From Octopus vulgaris (lineage: Eukaryota), in assembly GCA_951406725.2 (NCBI GenBank), contig OX597822.1, positions 32,302,001 through 32,366,000 of the forward strand: a stretch of DNA of 64,000 nt. The letters are read 5' to 3'. Numbering within the stretch: position 1 is the stretch's first letter; every line of letters starts with the position of its first letter. Positions 13,833-28,899 of this stretch are shown here, one piece after another. The position numbers were made by a program, and so were the translations under genes. Below the pieces are notes generated by a model, which worked only from the letters and a program-made list of their open reading frames with translations, did no database searches and was not told the origin of the DNA.

Positions 13833-15982
13833 CAAACACTCAGACACGCACATGCACATAAACACACACATATATCAATGGATGTGTTGAGTAGCGAGAA
13901 AATCAAAATAGTGATGCCTGGATTGCTCTTCATAACCCGAACAGAGTTTAAACAAATACATCGTACACTACATTTTATCGGGTAGGCTAAATCTATAAAC
14001 ACCCGGTAAGTGATTTGAAATTACTATATCTCAATGCAGTCCACATTCCCTACAATAAAATTTAGCAGAGGGACGGGTTCTAGCATTTGCATAAGAAACC
14101 ACCAGATTATATCCATCATTTGGAGAGCGAATTTACACACTTTAGTCAGGTGGCTATTAATATTTAGTTGTTCAGTGTCCCCGATTCCCTAAATAGCTTT
14201 TCACACACGATCTCGCTGCATGCCATACAAAATGAGATAACTTTGCGCATCCAGTAATTATCCATAATATTTTATACTACTATGGAATGCAGCAGGTACT
14301 TAAATCGGTGCTCACTTTCTTAAATAATTAGGGATAATTTAACTCTCACATATATATAGAGAGAGAGCTCACCTCATCTTAATAATTCCCTCTTTGAAAT
14401 TCTCTGCATTAAGATCTGAAATCTAAGACCTTTTCTACCCAGATGACGGAGGCTGGTCTTATCCAATGATGATTGCTTCCATAACGGCCGTATATAGTAA
14501 CGAACTACATCTACCAACATTATGAATAATATCCGAGATCCCAGAAACAGCTGTTGGACATATATCACTTTTTTTTCACCCCTTTAATTTTCTCTGTGGT
14601 TTGTATGCCTTTCAAATTAGATTTATTAATATAATTATCTATATATTTATACTCTAATGTTCATCATCTGAAAGTCTGGGTCTTGCTTTCTCACATTTTA
14701 CATGTATGCATATATACATATTTTGTATTCTCTACCCAAACTGTTGCATTTGATATATCAAATCTGTTTATCCACATAATTACCTGTATATTTATTTACA
14801 TGCATATATATTTGTATATATGTGTGTCTGTGTGTCTGTCTGTGTATGTGCGAGTGTGTGTGTGTGTGTGTGTGTATGTCTGTCTGTGTCTGTCTGGGTC
14901 TGTGTCTGTGTGTTTGGGAACGTATATAAAGAGAAATTTTATTTCATCCTTCTCTTCCAGTTAGCGCTTGAGTTGGCACGTAAATGGAAAAGAAGACAGG
15001 AGAAAAAATACATAATATAACGGCTTAAGGCATAACATAAATGGTATATACATAATATATATGGACCTGTAGGCGATAAATTACATGAGGAGAATATTCA
15101 AAGATAGATTAGACAAATCTTAGGAGTACTTAATTTGTACTGTGCAATAACCTTAAAATCCGTGCATTTGAGATAAGTACAAGAAAAGTATATATTAACA
15201 GTTGTAACCTCGAGCAATTAATATCATATATTTGAACTTGAAGATGAATACAACTTGAATGAACCTCACGGGAAGGAACAAATTTAGATATTGGGCAAAA
15301 TCTCCGGAGAAAATTGAGGTTAAGATAAAGTGGATATATATTTTAAAGGATCGGATTTTTAAATACATAAAGACGTTTTATAGGATAATTTGGAATACAA
15401 CGGTTAGCACGTCATAGGTAACACACTAAAACAGAAACATTATAATTTCATAACAATTCGCTTCAAAATAGCAATGGAATTTAAGAAAATTACTATAAAA
15501 TAGCAAGAGAGAGCTTATATATATATGTATAAATGAAACAGACTATAAAAATATAAAAGCAGTTTTTATATATATGCATATGTATGTATATATGTACGTA
15601 TGTGTGTGTATCTCTCTTCCCCCCCACCTCCCCACAACATCACACCACACCATACGACATTACACATCACATCACAACACACCACCCACAGCACACCGCC
15701 CATACACACATCCCCACATCTTTACACCTACACATACATACACATATCATATCACAACACACCACCCACACACCCATCCCCATATCTCCACACCCACACA
15801 TACATACATGCACACGTCCAGACCACTAACCCTCTTTCACACGCACATACATACTCTCTTATACACACACGCACCTTCGCGTTGGGGCGAAGTCACTTGA
15901 CCCTGTTATCTCCCCTACTATCCCTCTAGCGTCTAACGTCTGACCTCTGACTTCCGCCTTAAGTCAGAACGCCATAATGGAC

Positions 15983-16168
15983 CGTTAGCTCCTACACGCA
16001 TTTTTTTCTCTCCTTGTTTCTTTTCTGTGTATCTTTCTGTCGAAGAGCGTAGGCTCGAAACGTAAAAGACTTGTTATAGTTCTATTCCTGGGCGCCATAC
16101 TAATACATTTGTTCGTTTGTACTCCACCTGTCTTCATCTTTTGTTTATTTTCGTAAACCTTCCCGTTG
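15983..16168 (+). mobile_element. ~200 bp hammerhead-bearing repeat, copy 2 (best preserved)
   Basis: TCTTT-CTGTCGA-A-GAGC-GTAG-GCTC-GAAACGTA-AAAGA at 16032-16069; ends at (CA)n. Confidence 0.75.
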
Positions 16169-16169
16169 T

Positions 16170-16278
<109 letters not shown>

Positions 16279-16954
16279 TGTGTGTTTGCAGACTAAAGAA
16301 CTAAATATTAAATGGGGAAGTAAGTTGTAAGAAATCTGTATATTGCATCTATATTTGTTCATACGTTTACGCATAACTTTTAATAATTAAATAAGCTTAT
16401 ACTCTAACATGCTTTAAATATTTCATTCCTATATGATAAAATAAATTTAATTAATCAGCGTCATTTTTTTAATCTCCGTATACATACCACATATCTTATC
16501 TACGTGTAAGCATCTCCCACTAATTTACATTTTTGCCCCACCATTGATTATTGCAGTTCATTGTTTATGCATCAATAAAATCTACTCTGCAGAAACAGAT
16601 TACTCTGCTTAACAGCTATTTCCATTTAATATACGTACGTATGGATGCATGCACATAAGTCTTGAATATATATGTGTATATATGTGTGTATGTGTGAATG
16701 TTGTATATATGTATATATATACATATATATATATATGTGTGTGTGTGTGTATACACATATAGGTAGCGCATAAACGAATACTTTACTACACGCATGCAAA
16801 CACCCCCCAAAATTAGATTATTAGGGAGAGAGAGATGATAGAAAGGTACAAAGATAGGTACATATATACGTATACATGTATATCTTTATATATATGTAGT
16901 TCCATATATGTATGTTGATATGTAAATATGTACTTACCTGTACATATACACATA

Positions 16955-17020
<66 letters not shown>

Positions 17021-17218
17021 TACAAGCACATGCGTTTATATATTTGTGCGTATATATATATATATTATGTAAGCTATAAGTTAGACGTGTTAAGCTCTGT
17101 AAGGTATAGAAGTATATAGAGACATTCCTGGTAATTACCTCCCCAAGTATGGTCCTTGGTATAAGGTATACGGCAGCAGGTAATTTAAAAAGGTAAACCT
17201 TAGTTTAATGTATATAAA

Positions 17219-17300
17219 AACGATCAGAAAATGGAAGAAAAACAACAAATAGACGTGTATACATTTCTATTTGTCGTTTTTCCTCCAATTTCTGATTGTT
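17219..17300. repeat. Imperfect inverted repeat, ~35 bp arms
   Basis: AACGATCAGAAAATGGAAGAAAAACAACAAATAGA pairs with TCTATTTGTCGTTTTTCCTCCAATTTCTGATTGTT (4 substitutions); abuts a microsatellite. Confidence 0.85.
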
Positions 17301-17334
17301 ACATATATATACAGAGAGGGAGAGATAGACAGAC

Positions 17335-17454
<120 letters not shown>

Positions 17455-19329
17455 GCGGCGTTGGGTGGAAGGTAGTATGAATCTATTTATACGTGTAAAT
17501 ATACTTGTAGAAGTGAGGTTTTATAACATTACTTATATCTAATCAAGCATAACTTGACTACTTCAGAAGATAGTTCCAATCGGAAATACTCGTGTGTATA
17601 TTTTTTTCCTTATTTATTCGATTTTTATTTTTAATATCAAAGTGTAGAAGCAAACCAAATGAATACACTTAGCATTCACAAATCGGCATATTAATTTATG
17701 TTTTAACATAAACTTCTTTTACTTTTCTAAATATTAAGCACGCTTCCTGCTTGTAGTTGAGAATGAACTAGGATGTCAATTTTTTTCTTATTTTTTCATT
17801 CGTACTTTGCTTTCCTCTATAGCATTGGCAATGTTATAAAACACGGTAGTTAACTTTCAGTGAAATGAAAATCTTATAGTCGTTTTCTCTGAGTTTAACA
17901 TTAATGCTGCTTCCGTGCATTTCCGCCGCTGATTATATTGTCAATAACATACATTCCTTGATATTTGTTAACCGGCATTTAATAGAATTTTAAATATCAA
18001 AGAGTCACATGTATCTGTCCTGTCCTTAATTCCTCACCGCTACCCCAGACACCCACTCACTCAACCTCTCTTTCTATTTATGTCTCTTTAATGGACAGGT
18101 AGGAAATTCAATTATGTGTGTATGTTTGTATATTAATATGAATGTTTTGTTGTTGTTTTGGCGCTATGCCACTTTTGAGATATAACGTTCATCAAAACTG
18201 AACATACGGATACAACATTGAAAAAATATTCATATCCCTTTTATTCAACGTATTAAATGTCATCAGATAAAAATGTCAATGTTTATCTGAAGTATCCTAT
18301 ATGTATATGCACTTAATATATATGATATACACTGCGATCTTAAATATATAAGCTGATGAAATTAACATCTGAGTAATAAATTTATTGTAAAGGTGAATGA
18401 GTATTGTGGTTCATGTTCCGAATTATGTAAGTGCAGATGCATAGGACCATAGTTCATGTTCCGAATTATATAGGTGCAGTGGGAAGAGGTCAAAACCTTA
18501 TTGAGAACATAATTATAGTTGAGTAAACAAAAATGAATAAATCTGAGTTGTCACTTGAAATTCTGCAGTAATAAATGTTTCAACTTTCTACATAAATCAA
18601 TATAATATTCACTGCCCTTGAACTTTATGACAATTATAATGTTTTGAAATGATATACCGTTTTGAAAGCCAACGAAATATCTGTCAATGATAACGTATAT
18701 ATCATGGACGAACTAGAGATCATCAGGATATAAAGCACCGACTTTTTAGACAACGCCAAACAACATTTGTATATAAGATATGCTAGCTATGGTAATTATG
18801 GTGTTAAACCAGCACACATGAGCGTCTTAAAACACGTTTTCCACCATCTTAAATCGGCTGACGATCGACGCATAGAGTCTAATAAATTTACACTGAAATT
18901 AAGCGTAAAACGGGTAGACTCACTTTCATATAATTTTTTCTCAATCCGATCTGAAAATGTGATTTGAAAAATCCATTGTTATGATGATTCGCAGACGAGG
19001 ATATTTCTGATAAAAAGTTTCAATATTAGAAAAAAATATAGCTTTACATTTTAAATTACGAGACTTAACGAGTACTTACAATGATATGAAAATATCTGTT
19101 AATAATAGATGATGCAGATAATTGATATCTCTCTATAATTATAAGATTCCGACTTATCTTCTAAATGTAAATGTTATGTGACTACTGACTTTTACATGAA
19201 AAATGAAGCATCATTATTTTGCTAATGGTACGTGTATTTTACATCCTTACAAAGGCCGTCTTTTAAGAGGATCACACGCACAATATAAAGATTATTCCCA
19301 TTATCTGAGTTGTCCATCAAATAGATGTG

Positions 19330-20690
19330 TATAGAAAAATAGGAAATATTTCTAACTAAATTAATTACAACAAATGAGTAAAGACTCTTATCGCAAAGAT
19401 GTAAATATAATAAAACTTTGTGCATCAATTATTCATTGTCCACGACATGAATTTTTGATATTCAGAAACAATGTATTTCTGTCAATTTAGATATCACCAT
19501 TCCCTTGATTTTATTTCATCTCTGCGTTACAACTAGGCTAAGAAAACAATATACAGCGAATTTGTGTTGAATCTACATGACAACAACCTATTTTCCTTGA
19601 TCCCTGAGGATGTTTGTGACGGTATATTCCAGATTATGGTCATTTCATCAATCTTATAGATTACTATTTTTGGTGTATGCCTGTAGGACTTCATCCTGTT
19701 CATACTGTTTACAAAATTCCCAAAATCTACCAAACTCGTAGATATATTCTTTGTTGAGCAAGGCATGACAACCAGAGAAAATGTGCATCAATTATCTTTT
19801 CCTCAACACTAAATGTTGTGCAGTTATATTCCCTTTCATTACAGGATTTAGGAGGTTTTAGTATTCAATAATGAACCATATTTCAAGAATCTTTGAGTTC
19901 CAGCTCTCTTTTAGAAATTTTTCTTCTTTAATTCTTCTAGGTTTAAATTCTTTAGGTATTATGTGGGAAGATAATTTTCTTACTTAATTAGTTTTTGATT
20001 GCATTCTGTTGGTTTAAGTTTCGATTTCAGCATTAACATAATTTGTTTCGTTTTTGTCATACCTACCTTTTATTTTTGATTATATTTCGCATTTCTTAGT
20101 TTAACCAAAGAACGAAACCATCTTGTGGTTTTTCGCTTTGTGATAATTTTATTAGAATTTTAGTATATTTTAGAACATTTATTTACGTTAAACTATACAC
20201 AGCGTATTTTGATTTTGTAATAGTATAATTCCCCTGTGACACTACATATAATCGATTTACTCAAAATGTTTTAAGTATTTTTCTGTCTAATATTGCCAGT
20301 TCTTATGGTGTCCAGTCGAGATTATTATTATAACTGATGGCTTGGTCAGCTAGAGTATTGATGTCTTTTTAATTTACCACGGTTTTAAGCATTACGTTAA
20401 TGTACTCGTAGTATTCTTTCCTAAAATTTTCTTTCATTTGTGTGTTTCCATTCTGCCTAGTTCAATTCAGCTGTATACATTTGTATATCTGTACTAGCTA
20501 CAACTTTCATAACTCGATTTCTTTACATACCGTGTTATTGTTCTTAATAATCTTCTCTGTAGCATTACTTAGGCGTAGTTTTTAATTCCTAATCTCATGT
20601 CCTTTTCTGAGGAAAAATCTATGAAATATTCTTACACAGTGTGTCTAGTGGTTCGTCGGCTGTAACGCACAACATGACAAAATAAAATGG
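19330..20690 (-). mobile_element. Old, heavily degraded R4/Dong-clade LINE
   Basis: Minus-strand remnants HIFSGCHALLNKEYI and IDEMTIIWNIPSQT parallel HIISSCPVLAKKEYI and ENEKATILWDMPIHT of the younger copy at 45 kb; RT-like remnant near 20600. Confidence 0.6.
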
Positions 20691-20907
20691 AAGACGTTTG
20701 TCTGCCTTTTATTTGTTTGTTTCTGCTTATAAGGCTTCTTAGAAATTGTTTGTCGGCAGTAGAATATAATACAGGTGTACAAATTTCTGATGTTAGCACT
20801 ATAACAGAACAGTATGCAGAATTTGTGCTCTACTTTATAGTGTATAATATATACAAATCTATATACACAGCCTCTCTCTCACACACGCATATATATGTAT
20901 TTATGCT

Positions 20908-20944
<37 letters not shown>

Positions 20945-21012
20945 GCACATACACACACAAACACAGACACACACAGACACACACATATATATATATATAT
21001 ATACGTATATAC

Positions 21013-21063
<51 letters not shown>

Positions 21064-21739
21064 AAAAAAGTCAAGGTAGAAAATGCTAAGGTAATTGTAC
21101 AAGAAACATTTCAGTTCCGGTTTCTGCCATTGAAACTCTTTCAACTGTAAGTACGGAAAACAAATTTTGGAAAAATTAAAAGAAAAGTTTTTTTTTAAAA
21201 CAATACTTGCATAGTATTCAAATACAAGGGGTATTTTCCTTGTTTCTGCATGTGTTGTCTCTTGTGAGTTCCAGGTCGTTGTGAATTCTTGGCAGAGAAG
21301 AAGAAGAAGAAGAAGAAGAAGAAGAAGAAGAAGAAGAAGAAGAAGAAGAGAGAAGAAGAAGAACAGGAGAGGAAGGAGTAGGAGATGGAGAAGAATGCGG
21401 GAGTACCATGATAGTGGTAGGATGTTAAATGGTCAAGTACCCTAAAAGTGACTTGTTGTTGATGGTAGTAGTGATTGAATTCTTGAGACATCTCTTCTGA
21501 ATGTATTGTTTATAATATTTGCGTATGTGTTATTCTAAAAAGCAATAGTAGTAAAGTAAGGAAGGCGGCGGCGGAGAGGAAGAAGACGAAGGAGACGAGA
21601 GAATAATAAGGGAATGCATGTGGTATAATAATAGTAGGATGTTAAATTGCCAAGTGACTTAAAAGTTATTCGTGGGGAATTATAGCAGTGATTATAACAG
21701 TGATATAACCTCAGCAAATATTATATTCAGAATCAACAT

Positions 21740-22200
21740 TTTGTGAAGCTATAGATGAAAACTTAAAAAACAGTATGATCATCCAAATCTGTGCTGTAAT
21801 ATTACATCAGTTTGCTGCAACAGATGTGAATTTGTGTCCCACGAACGTCAGCTAAGTTCAAGTTGAAAGATTAGATAAAACAGTCACCTTGAGTCAGGTG
21901 TCACCGTTCTTTTTCCGTTTGGAATCGAATTTTATCTCAGATCTGAGTGTTTTATACTTGTGTCTATAATGCTCCAGTGGTAAAACATCATAGCTGAATC
22001 TTTTCTTACTCTCTTAATGGTGTTGTGAAATTTGAACAGAATTTGATGATTAACAGGCACGTAACAACAACAAAAGCATTCCCAATTTTTCTTAGGTAAT
22101 ACGAAATGTAGCTCTTTCCAAATTAATGTTAAATTCTGCATCACCTTCACAGAAACTTTTTCCCATGTAACTGACGTGTTATTTTTCTTCATATCCATCA
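21740..22200 (-). mobile_element. Possible hAT (GTF2IRD2/SPIN-like) transposase N-terminal relic
   Basis: Only weak motif resemblance (EFNINLE..., LEHYRHKYK); multiple stops. Confidence 0.2.
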
Positions 22201-22275
22201 AATGTGTTCACATTACATCGATACCCATTAAATTGATATTTACAACATATATAATGATATATTTCTTCTATTTCG

Positions 22276-22344
<69 letters not shown>

Positions 22345-22529
22345 AGAGGCTGTTAGAACACGTGTAATACTAAAGTGCTCTGATGCTGCAGTCAACGCAC
22401 CGGGTGTACAGGCATACCACGACTGCCACTGTCAGCCAATTACAGTCGTTGTCAGTATGTATACAATTATGTGCATTTGACGGCAGAACTAGAGCATTTT
22501 ACACTTATTTATAGCATTGTTTGTGTTAT

Positions 22530-22586
<57 letters not shown>

Positions 22587-24286
22587 GTACTAGTTGCGTA
22601 CTGGGGTCGATATAATTGACTGGACCCCTCCCCTCAAATTCCGGCCCTTGTGCCTAAAGTAGAAAAGAATATATATAATTCACACATATACATATATTCT
22701 TCGTGCAGCTGTTTGCAGTGTAATCTAGAGAAACTTTAATATGTGACTTGCTCAAATATTATTTGAACTCAGTATATAAGTGGAAGTTAATTGAACGTAC
22801 CGTGCATTTACAGTGCTACAGCTCCAAACAAAGACAATCCCTCCTTAATGATTTTTACAGTGAAATAGCATTACTGAAAAGTATACAGGCAATTATATAT
22901 AACGATGATTTAGAAATGTAATTCAAAGCATTAAACTAGAGATATGAATATGCATGTTGCTCTCTTCTTTTATATCTAAAGCGAAGCAGAAATTGTCTGC
23001 TGAATCATGTTTTATAGAATCGTTTGTAACTGCATCATTATTAATACATATAGAGTTATATTAGGAAGTTATATTAGGAAGTAAACTGCGCTACATGTAA
23101 AAGATTGAAATTGCATGCTGTAATACAGTACCTGTCGTTGAAAAACCTGTCGATTTCTGTATTTGGTATTATATATAAATATCATTTGATGGTGTACTGA
23201 AAGGATGGTGTGCATCAAGATGAACGCATACTTGAATATTTTTCCTAGGGAAATTTGAAAGAATCTTGGGAATTTCTGCATTTCAAAGAAAATTATGTGA
23301 TTCAGTATTTCAATACCGCAACATATAATAGCTGTATTGAATTCACTCGATCACTGTAAATGTAAAAGAAATATATATATATTTTTAATATTCAGGGCTA
23401 ACACGTAGATCTAATTCGATAATTTCTGAGTTCTCCATGTAGGGAAAAGTTACTTCACATTTTAGATATATTGAAACGAAAACACGTGTACCTTTCTGTC
23501 ATGTTCATTTGGTCTTTATCATAATCTATTAAAATTATACGCATGTTTGCAGAATTAAGAAGAATTAACTCCCATACATAGAACTCCCATACATAGATCG
23601 CTGAACTTCAATGCATTGTTAATAACAACCATCATCCAGAAAAAAATTGTTTTGTTCCATTTCTCAATCAATATTTATTTTTTCTTCGCCTATGACTTGT
23701 CGGTAGACTTCAATTCATTCTGTCACAAAGAAAATATTCCAAGAGTAATTTATTTTACGTAAACATAATTATACATTTGTTAATAAACTTAATCATGTTG
23801 CTAAACGGAGAATTGTTTAATGCTTTCAGAGTGGATTAGGTTTTATGTTTATTGCAAGGTATACGGAGGAGTGGAAGGAAATATTATCACATATTATCAA
23901 TCTGAAAATTCGTATATATAGGCATCTACAGATCACAGACATAAACACACTCATACAACATCCATCCATCCATCCATCCATCCATCCATCCATCCATCCA
24001 TCCATCCATCCATCCATCCATCCATCCATCCATCCATACATCCATCCATCCATCCATCCATCCATCCATCCATCCATACATACATACATACATACATACA
24101 TACATACATACATACATACATACATAGTAATGTTAATACAAGAAACTATATATTCAAAGAAATGTTAGATTTACACACACACACATATATATATACATAT
24201 ATGTTTCCTTACTGCCATATATATGCACATATATATATATGTGTGTATGTGTGTATGTATGTATGTATATACATACAAATATACAT

Positions 24287-24319
<33 letters not shown>

Positions 24320-25908
24320 CATACATATATATATATATATATAAATGGATACTCACATACATATGTATATATGTATATATATGTATGTATACGCACCCGA
24401 CTTGAAGAAGAACACAGCAGATAATACGTAAATACATCTATGCATACAAAGACGTATGCATAAAGCTGTGCGTTTTTATTCTAGCCGTATCAACACAGAT
24501 TCATTTGCCTTGGGTTCTTATTTACAATATTTAATATTCTTTGTTCTCTATCATAATATGTACGCAATGCACAATGGCGGCTATTGTTACAAAAAAGTAA
24601 CACTGTGTGGTGCATTTTGTTTGTGTTCTTATAATTTAAACAGTATTATATAATGACATCCACTGAATTTACCTATACCTTGAGCGTATATGTCTAAATC
24701 ATTTTAATGAATTCGACATATAGTTTTTTAAAAGTCTGTGTTTTTGTATACATGTAAAAAATAGAATGCAAAATAATTGTGAAATTAAATAATTGCTTGA
24801 GTCTCTCGGACAATAGTTTTAATGAGATAGCGGTAGTCGATACCATCTTCTATAGGACTTGTTAGGTACTTTATTATTTTAGGTGAAAATCTTAGTGACA
24901 GGATTTCAAATAACGATGTAAAGACCCGGAAGGTAAACCCGGGGGAATTTTAGACTCTAACTATTCTGTCAGCTCAACAATTTTAGGAGAAACTATGATA
25001 GTCATAGTCGAGAATGTTAGGGCCGGAGCTGTATGTGAGTTTATAATGCACATAAGCGCCTGAGATTACAGCACCCACTGCATAAGATAACTGTTTTTCC
25101 GTCAGATTAATCTCCACCTGCTGCTTGTAGTCATCCTTAACTTAGTGAACAGGGACCAATCCAAATAAAGAAACATGCTCAATCGCAGGACAGGTCACCC
25201 AGTACGAGCAGCGAACCCTTAACCTGGCGAACATTTTTTTAACAACTTAGCCATCAATTAAATAAGATCTCTATAGCTATGAATTAATGCACTGGTCTAC
25301 GGGGATGAATACCTCTATTTCTTGTTTACACGTCAAATTGAAACGGCAAATGCGTTGGCTGAATTTTATTTTTAAATCATTTATAGTTACAACATTAAGA
25401 GTACATGCACAATTATATTACAAAGCAGATTTCCTACAGTCATATAGCGTGCAATATATTTAGATTGCATGCTGTAGCAATTGAATATGTCATTACGACA
25501 ATGAATATATGTTGATGGTTTTTCTTTCTTTTAATGTATTAATACAACGTGTTGCTTTGATGAAAGGATGGCATGCTTTAAAAGGAAAAACATTCCTTAC
25601 TTTGTTCAAGAGAAAATTTAAGTACTCGCGGGAATTTAGAGATTTCGAAACGAATTAAGCGATTCCTGATTTCAAATATTTCACAGAGTTTGTATTTCCC
25701 ATTTGGCATATTACATCGTTTGATTATACAGTTCTGTTGTAAATAGAAGAGAAAAGAAATTCATTAAAATGAAGTAGGAATTTGCAGCACCCTGCTTTAA
25801 ATCAATGATAGTAAACATTTATTTACAAATAGACGTCTCCCACGCAAAACTCCTACATCTGCGGTAACATTTATCCCGTGTTTAGGTATTAGAAAACACA
25901 ATAATATA

Positions 25909-26137
25909 TTTCTTTACTACCCACAAGGGACTAAAGATAGAGGGGACAAACAAGGACAGACAAACGGATTAAGTCGATTACATCGACCCCAGTGCGTAAC
26001 TGGTACTTAATTTATCGACCCCGAAAGGATGAACGGCAAAGTCGACCTCGGCGGAATTTGAACTCAGAACGTAACGACAAACGAAGTACGGCTACGCATT
26101 TCGCCCGGCGTGCTAACGTTTCAGCCAGCTCGCTGCC
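25909..26137 (-). mobile_element. SINE family A, near full length
   Basis: Reverse complement of the 461-690 element. Confidence 0.88.
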
Positions 26138-26911
26138 TCTAGAAAGCACAGTAATATGCTACCACTTGCATACACTAAAGAAAACTATATAACTATTTAC
26201 GCCAATTGAATATTTTTATATATAGAAAAGGATAGATACGAACCCTCTTATTTATTGTATCTAACTTAACAGTATGTAATTCGGGGAATTCGTAAATATC
26301 TGACAACACTAGGAACAACGTCTAACAGATGCTCCAGGGAAGCCGTTGCCATAAGAATAGTTAAATCTTCCTCAAATACTACCCTTCCTTATTAAAAATC
26401 GACACCGTGAATATTATTTTCTTGGATTGCCTTTACGTTGATAAAAGCCTGGTCCTTAGCTGAAGTGCTTTTGATCAGAGATCTGCTACACCAGAGTTGA
26501 TTTGGAGCGAAGCAATTAAAACAGACACGAGGGATTGTCACTTTTCTTTATTTTGTCGTTTGTAATTACTGTTATAATCTTCAACACTAGTAGTATTGCT
26601 GGGAAGAGTAACACTTAAAGAAATTATGTTCAACGACATTATGTTCGACGAAGCCCTATCAGGAAAGATATTTTGTTTTCTCTAAGTACTAATACATCTG
26701 GGGAAGCACTAGTCTGAGCTACAATGTGTTGTTGAAGATGAACCTCAAAAATATGTTGTAATAACAAAATGATCATAAAGACAGCTTCAACTATGTTTCT
26801 GCCTAAGCTTTTCTTTTAATCTATGTTTCTATTGGAAGTCTCAGCAAATCACCCGGGAAATTCACTATATTCAGTATAATACTCACCAGGTTTCTGCTCT
26901 TTCTTCTTCTT

Positions 26912-27764
<853 letters not shown>

Positions 27765-27765
27765 G

Positions 27766-28141
27766 CAGGGAGTGGTTGGGTGGTAAGTAGCTCGCTTAAT
27801 AACTACATGATTCCGGGCTCAGTCCCACTGCTTGACACCTTGGGCAGGTGTCTTCTACTATAGCCTCGGGCCGACCAAAGCCTTGTGAGTGGATTTGGTA
27901 GAAGGAAACTGAAAGAAGCCCGTCGTATATATATATATATATATAGCGGTTCGGCAAAAGAGACCGATAGAATAGGTACTATGGTTTCAAAGATTAAGTC
28001 CTGGGGTCGATTTGCTCGACTAAAGGTGGTGCTCCAGCATGGACACAGTCAAATGACTGAAACACGTAAAAGAGTAAAAAAGTAGGGAGCTGGTGGAATC
28101 GTTAGCGCACCAAGAAAAATGGCTAACATTATATATATATA

Positions 28142-28174
<33 letters not shown>

Positions 28175-28670
28175 TTGTGTGTCTGTGTTTTTTTCCCCCA
28201 ACATCGCTTGACAACCGATGCTGGTGTGTTTACGTCCTCGTAATTTAGCTGTTCGGCAAAAGAGACCGATAGAATATGTACTAGGTTTACAAAAACTAAG
28301 TCTTGTGGTCGATTTGCTCGACTAAAGGCGGTGCTCCAGCATGGACACAGTCAAATGACTCAAACAAGTAATAGAGTAAAAGTGTAGGGAGCTGGCGGAA
28401 TCGTTAGCACACCAAGCAAAATGGATAGCAGCCATTCGACCGTCTTTATGTTTTTAAGGCGGCGAGCAGGCAAAATCGTTAGCACGATGGGCAGAATGCT
28501 TAGTGACATTTCGGCCATCGCTACATTCTGACTTCAAATTCCACCGAGCTCAACTTTGCCTTTCGTGGTCGATAAAATGAGTACCGGTTAAGCACTGGGG
28601 TCGATGTATTCTACTTATCAACTCACTCACAATTTCGAGCCTTGTGCCTTTAGTAGAAAGGATTATCATC
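27766..28670 (+). mobile_element. Cluster of SINE B (duplicated 3' half) and SINE A copies
   Basis: SINE B head at 27766, tails near 28080 and 28380, each followed by a SINE A-like head GGGAGCTGG.GGAATCGTTAGC. Confidence 0.8.
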
Positions 28671-28899
28671 ATCTTCAGAATTATCTTTATTATTATTGTT
28701 GTTTTTGCTGTTGTTGTTGTTTTTTGTTGTTGTTTATGCTGCTGTTGTTGTTGTTGTCGTCGTTACTACCACAACTGTTACTATTACTCTGACTTTTCCT
28801 TCATTTCTTCCCTCATTTACTTTTCTTTACTTTTCTTCTCTGTCTTTCTTCAACTACTAATTCACTTCTTGTCTTCTCTACTATTTTCTTTCAGGCACA

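Noticed and set aside
18409-18479. 28 bp direct repeat GTTCATGTTCCGAATTAT...GTGCAG
   Set aside because: Two-copy local duplication with no further structure.
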